From NCBI GenBank assembly GCA_973895155.1, contig OZ316891.1:5675708-5739707 (forward strand): a stretch of DNA of 64,000 nt, in the 5' to 3' direction. Made by a program: the position numbers and the translations under genes. Below the pieces are notes generated by a model that saw only the letters and a list, made by a program, of their open reading frames with translations, made no database searches and was not told the origin of the DNA. Below, piece by piece: positions 59,951-64,000 of this stretch. This DNA is from Marsupella aquatica. Taxonomy: Eukaryota > Plantae > Marchantiophyta. Position 1 is the stretch's first letter. Every line of letters starts with the position of its first letter.

Positions 59951-62043
59951 ACTGCATTTTGCATGAACATATTGGAGTCATGGTTCACACTTCTTTGAAG
60001 AGAGGTGACGAATTTGAGAGTTGGCAAGACGTAAGGAGGGCGATTATCAGACATGGGGTGGCAACAGAACGGGTAATTACAACATATAAGAAGGACCCTT
60101 TGCGTTTCCTTGGAAAGTGCAAAATGTGGTGGCATGAAAACCCCACCCAGAAATGTCACTGGTCTATTCGAGTGATTCTGAGCTCCAAGACAGAAACCAT
60201 TACTATCACACAATTGAATGATCACCATAGTTGCTGTGCAGCAGACCATTACACTAGGAGGATGCATAATTCGTCTGACTACTTGGCTACTCTGATTTTT
60301 GATATCCTAATCAAAAATAGACAAACCAGAGCTTGCTCTTTGAGGGACACTGCCCAGGCTATTTTGTATCCAGATGTTAGATACCACACAGCACATTCAG
60401 CCAAGAAGAGAGCTCTTGTAAGGCTAGACGGTGATGAGAAGGAGTCCTTCCATCTCATACCTAGCCATTGTCACCACATTTTAGAGAGGGATCCAGGGGC
60501 TGTGGCAAACTACACAGCACCAAATGGCTCATTTGAAACTTTATTTGTGTGTCCTTCAGCTTCTCAAAGGGCTTATCCACATTGTGGGCCGCTCATTGCT
60601 TTAGACGGCACACACACTAAGTCATCCTATCCTCAGATGTTGTTGGTAGCAACAGTGTTAGATGCTAATAACACTGTCATGATTTTAGCATATTGCATGG
60701 TTCCATCAGAGAATGAACAGTTTTGGATGAGATTTTTGAAGTGCTTGCATGATGCAATCCCACAGTTGTCTCATAGTAGTACTGTTTTTATTTCAGACAG
60801 AGAGAAGGGGCTGCAAAATGCTGTGGATGAGGTTTTCCCGTTGGCATTCCACGCTTTCTGCACATGGCACTTGGGGAAGAATTTACAAGCCCAATCCAGC
60901 AAGGCAGCAAGAAAGGCATTTGATGGGCTGGTGTATGCTGTGGATGCGGATCAGTACATGCGAAGGTTAGATCGCATTGAGGAAGAGTACCCATCAGCAT
61001 TTGAGTACATTGTGAAAACTGCTGATCCATCTCATTATTCAAGAGCGTTCCTGCCATATCCCAAGTGATACTTCAGACATCCTGTTGTTGCCTTCAAGCA
61101 GCAACCTCTGTACTGTCATAAATATTGAAGAGCATCCTTCTATTTTGATGTTGTTATTGACATTCTTTGTGATATTAGGTGGGGCCATGAGACATCTCAG
61201 CAAGCAGAGAGCACCAATCGAGCACTCAAGAATGAACGGCAGGAAGTTGCCTTCAAGCAGTCCAATTTGATTTGGGATTATATGATGAGACACTACTATG
61301 AGAAGAGGGCGTTGGCAGAGTCTCTAACTACCCCATTTCCTCCCAATATCATGGGTGTCTTGAGAGATAGACATGAAGAAGCTCTTCAACTTGTTGCAGA
61401 TCCATCAAGCCCGACGGAAGTCAGAATCACTGATTCGAGTGGCAGACATTTTTTGGTCAGTTTGGAGCCACTGAAGGAATGTTCCTGTGGTGATTGGCAG
61501 GATGTTGGGATTCCTTGCATTCATGCTTGGAGAGCTATTACCAGACTGCATCTTCGCCATTACAATTTTGTTTCGCCATTTTATCCTACGGAGTCATTCA
61601 AACAGACGTATTGTGGTAGCATTCCTGCTATTTTGAAAGATGACTTACGCCCTGATGCATGGTGCGGCCCACCTTTGAAGAGGCAAAAGCGAGGCCGTCC
61701 CACTGAGAAACCAAGGCTCAGGTTCCCAGAGGAGGATGGAGTAAGAATGCCCAGGAGCTGTGGTTTTTGTAAGCAAAGGGGCCATGACATTCGAACTTGT
61801 CAACTAAAGAAAGACCAGGTTGGATGTGGGCAGGACAAGGACACAACTGATACTTGTGAGTTAGAAGACTTGGTGAATTCTGAAGATGGAGAGGACAATG
61901 ACGATGTTGTTGATATAAACCAATCAGCACCTGTCATGGAGGAGGAGGATGAATGCGGCCCATCTTTAACCTGCCCTTTTGAAATGGGCTCATTTAGTGC
62001 CCTGCTAGCAAGTTGTTCTGAAGGATTTAGTTTGCAACACTAG
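59951..62043 (+). CDS. Mutator-like (MULE) transposase with SWIM and CCHC zinc fingers; true start uncertain
   Basis: Exon 59951-61064, intron 61065-61178, exon 61179-62043. DDE triad LDGTH, ISDREKGL, QAESTN. Also HAFCTWH, SWIM CSCGDWQDVGIPCIH and knuckle CGFCKQRGHDIRTC. Confidence 0.92.
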
Positions 62044-62771
62044 GCAGATTGTTTCCTATCATTTTCCACATATATACAACTGTTTTCACAGTGTCACCTG
62101 TCCACATTGAATATATCATTGGTGCTGCGCATACTTTCTTTTCTTACTCAAATGTCATGTGATATGTAGACGTGTGAGATGGCCTGAGTTTGCTTGGGAA
62201 AGGCCATGATGTATGTGACAGGCTTGTGGTTGCCCAACCCTTTTTTAAGTCCACAAATTGAGTCTGTTGTGTGAGAGTCCCACTGCAAATAAATCCTAAG
62301 GAAACAGATGCAAATATCCTTTTAATCCTGTCCACCCTTCTTGATGGATTGATGTCTCGGCTTCTCAAGAGCATTTCAAATTGACCATGAAATATAATGT
62401 TGCAGCTCCTTTGTAGGGAAGCATCACACGAATGGAACATATATAAACACAAACTCAAGAAAAACTGTACAATAAGGAGACATAGATGTGTTGTTGTGCC
62501 GTGAAATTCACAGAATTCAGTATTGCACTGTGATATTAATCAGCATTGTAAAAATTACACAGAAAACAAAACAAAAGTATCTCAGGTTTGATTGAAAAAG
62601 ACCAGTGAGAATACAGTGCAATAGTAAAAGTTGTCCTGAAGCCACATGGAGAAGCCACATGGATAGCAAAACTCTGGATGAAAATGAGATCCCCTACGGC
62701 TACTCGTAGGTCCAAACTACTGTAACAGCAAAACTGAAGTCCTAAAATTCAGTTCCCTATAAGGCTACCAA

Positions 62772-63581
62772 CTAATTGCCGTAAACCTTAAAGCTCCCTG
62801 GCTGCTCATCAAAATAATGCATAGCCAGTAGATTGGAAATGGTTAATTTCCAATCATCAAGAAACTGAGGCACCCACTTATGAGTGCCAAACACAACAAA
62901 ACCTTTCTTGCCATTAATGGTCTCAAGATAGAACAATTCAGTGATAGAGAGACCATCAGGGTCCTCTCGGAAACAGTAGCAAAGGTCCCCATCTCGGAAT
63001 GCCTTCCCTTCTTGTAAAATCTCAGCTGCATTTCCAATGTGGATCTTTTGCTGCTGACCAATCGTGCAATCGTCAAATCGGAGAATGTATGTACGCCCAA
63101 TGTTGCCACTTTCCTCCACTGCCCAAAACTCAAATGGAGTAAGTTGTACCCAGGCCTTGTTCATGTCAAGTCGGGTGGACAGTGCTAGCTTCCAATTCCA
63201 CTTTGGATTGGCAAGAAATGTGTGATACTCTGCTATGTAATCTTTCATGGCTTCTGCACTGAAACAACAAGACTCTATGCAATTGGACACTGGAACCCTG
63301 AAAAAAAGCACACACAACAAATGGATAAGAACATTCCCACACTTAACCTTGCAAAATTTGTTGAACAATTGTAGCAAAGAATGCACATTACACACAGTGC
63401 ATCCGCATCTTGAATCAATCAATGTGAGTTGAAATTTAAATTTTTCACATACATACCTATCCCATGCAGGCCTGAATGCAGGATCAATCCGTTTACGCAA
63501 TGATTGCACTATCTCTGTGACTGGATTGAAAACTTTGACCTTGGCAATCTTGCCAAACCTCTTCGAAGATGCAGCAGCCAT
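62772..63581 (-). CDS. Unknown ~203-aa protein convergent with the MULE transposase
   Basis: ATGGCT start at 63581. Exons 63457-63581 and 62772-63258 join in frame across a GT-AG intron (612 nt). The protein may extend further 5' through an acceptor at 63588. Confidence 0.6.
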   Translation of the reverse strand: MAAASSKRFGKIAKVKVFNPVTEIVQSLRKRIDPAFRPAWDRYVCEKFKFQLTLIDSRCGCTVCNVHSLLQLFNKFCKVKCGNVLIHLLCVLFFRVPVSNCIESCCFSAEAMKDYIAEYHTFLANPKWNWKLALSTRLDMNKAWVQLTPFEFWAVEESGNIGRTYILRFDDCTIGQQQKIHIGNAAEILQEGKAFRDGDLCYCFREDPDGLSITELFYLETINGKKGFVVFGTHKWVPQFLDDWKLTISNLLAMHYFDEQPGSFKVYGN

Positions 63582-64000
63582 TTGGGTCTGGTACATTAAA
63601 AAATCATAGTTGTGGAATGTGAATAATACCACATTGAAAGAAGGTTTCATCCTCTGTACCTGAAGTCCTGAGAATGACAATTCAGGACACTACGTCTTGC
63701 AAAAATCAAGGAATTACATTCGCTTTTGACCAGTACACATGTACAGCGACCATGAGAAGATGAAATACAATGTAAACACACAGAAAATTACCATAGTTGT
63801 GAGAACGTTGCGTTGAGGGCTAGATGGAGTTGTTCGACTATGACCTTGCGAGGGGATAATTATCGTGTCTCCCAATATGTTAAACATGTACACCCTATAA
63901 GCAAGGACAAAAGCCGAGTGAGACACAACATCGAGTCACAGGATGGGTTCATAATGTTGACATCGATTAGTTCTTGACTGTACAGAATGATTCAGTTCAA

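Overview
Eukaryotic nuclear DNA from a land plant, most plausibly a flagellate-sperm lineage such as a liverwort. This is inferred from the GT-AG introns, plant gene families, TTTAGGG motifs and a SAS-6 remnant. Genes reconstructed by eye: the 5' part of a GT92/GALS galactosyltransferase (minus strand, runs off the left edge), a U2 snRNA gene, COP9 signalosome subunit 4 (14 exons), a phytyl ester synthase-like esterase/acyltransferase (14 coding exons), an intronless secreted-type LRR protein, a CA109-like (At5g43822-like) gene, an SMP-30/regucalcin-like lactonase and a membrane-anchored GH9 endoglucanase. Mobile DNA includes a full-length decayed L1-type LINE with a 16-bp TSD and a nested solo LTR, a truncated LINE, a Tourist-like MITE, two foldback elements, and a MULE transposase with a convergent orphan gene. 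The most notable observations are (1) a decayed centriolar SAS-6 gene not visible in the ORF track, (2) a U2 snRNA whose Sm site is replaced by a hairpin-forming sequence, (3) an LRR gene preceded by a copy of its neighbour's upstream leader, and (4) the MULE plus orphan gene pair. All coordinates were read manually and may be off by a few bases. No database searches were run.
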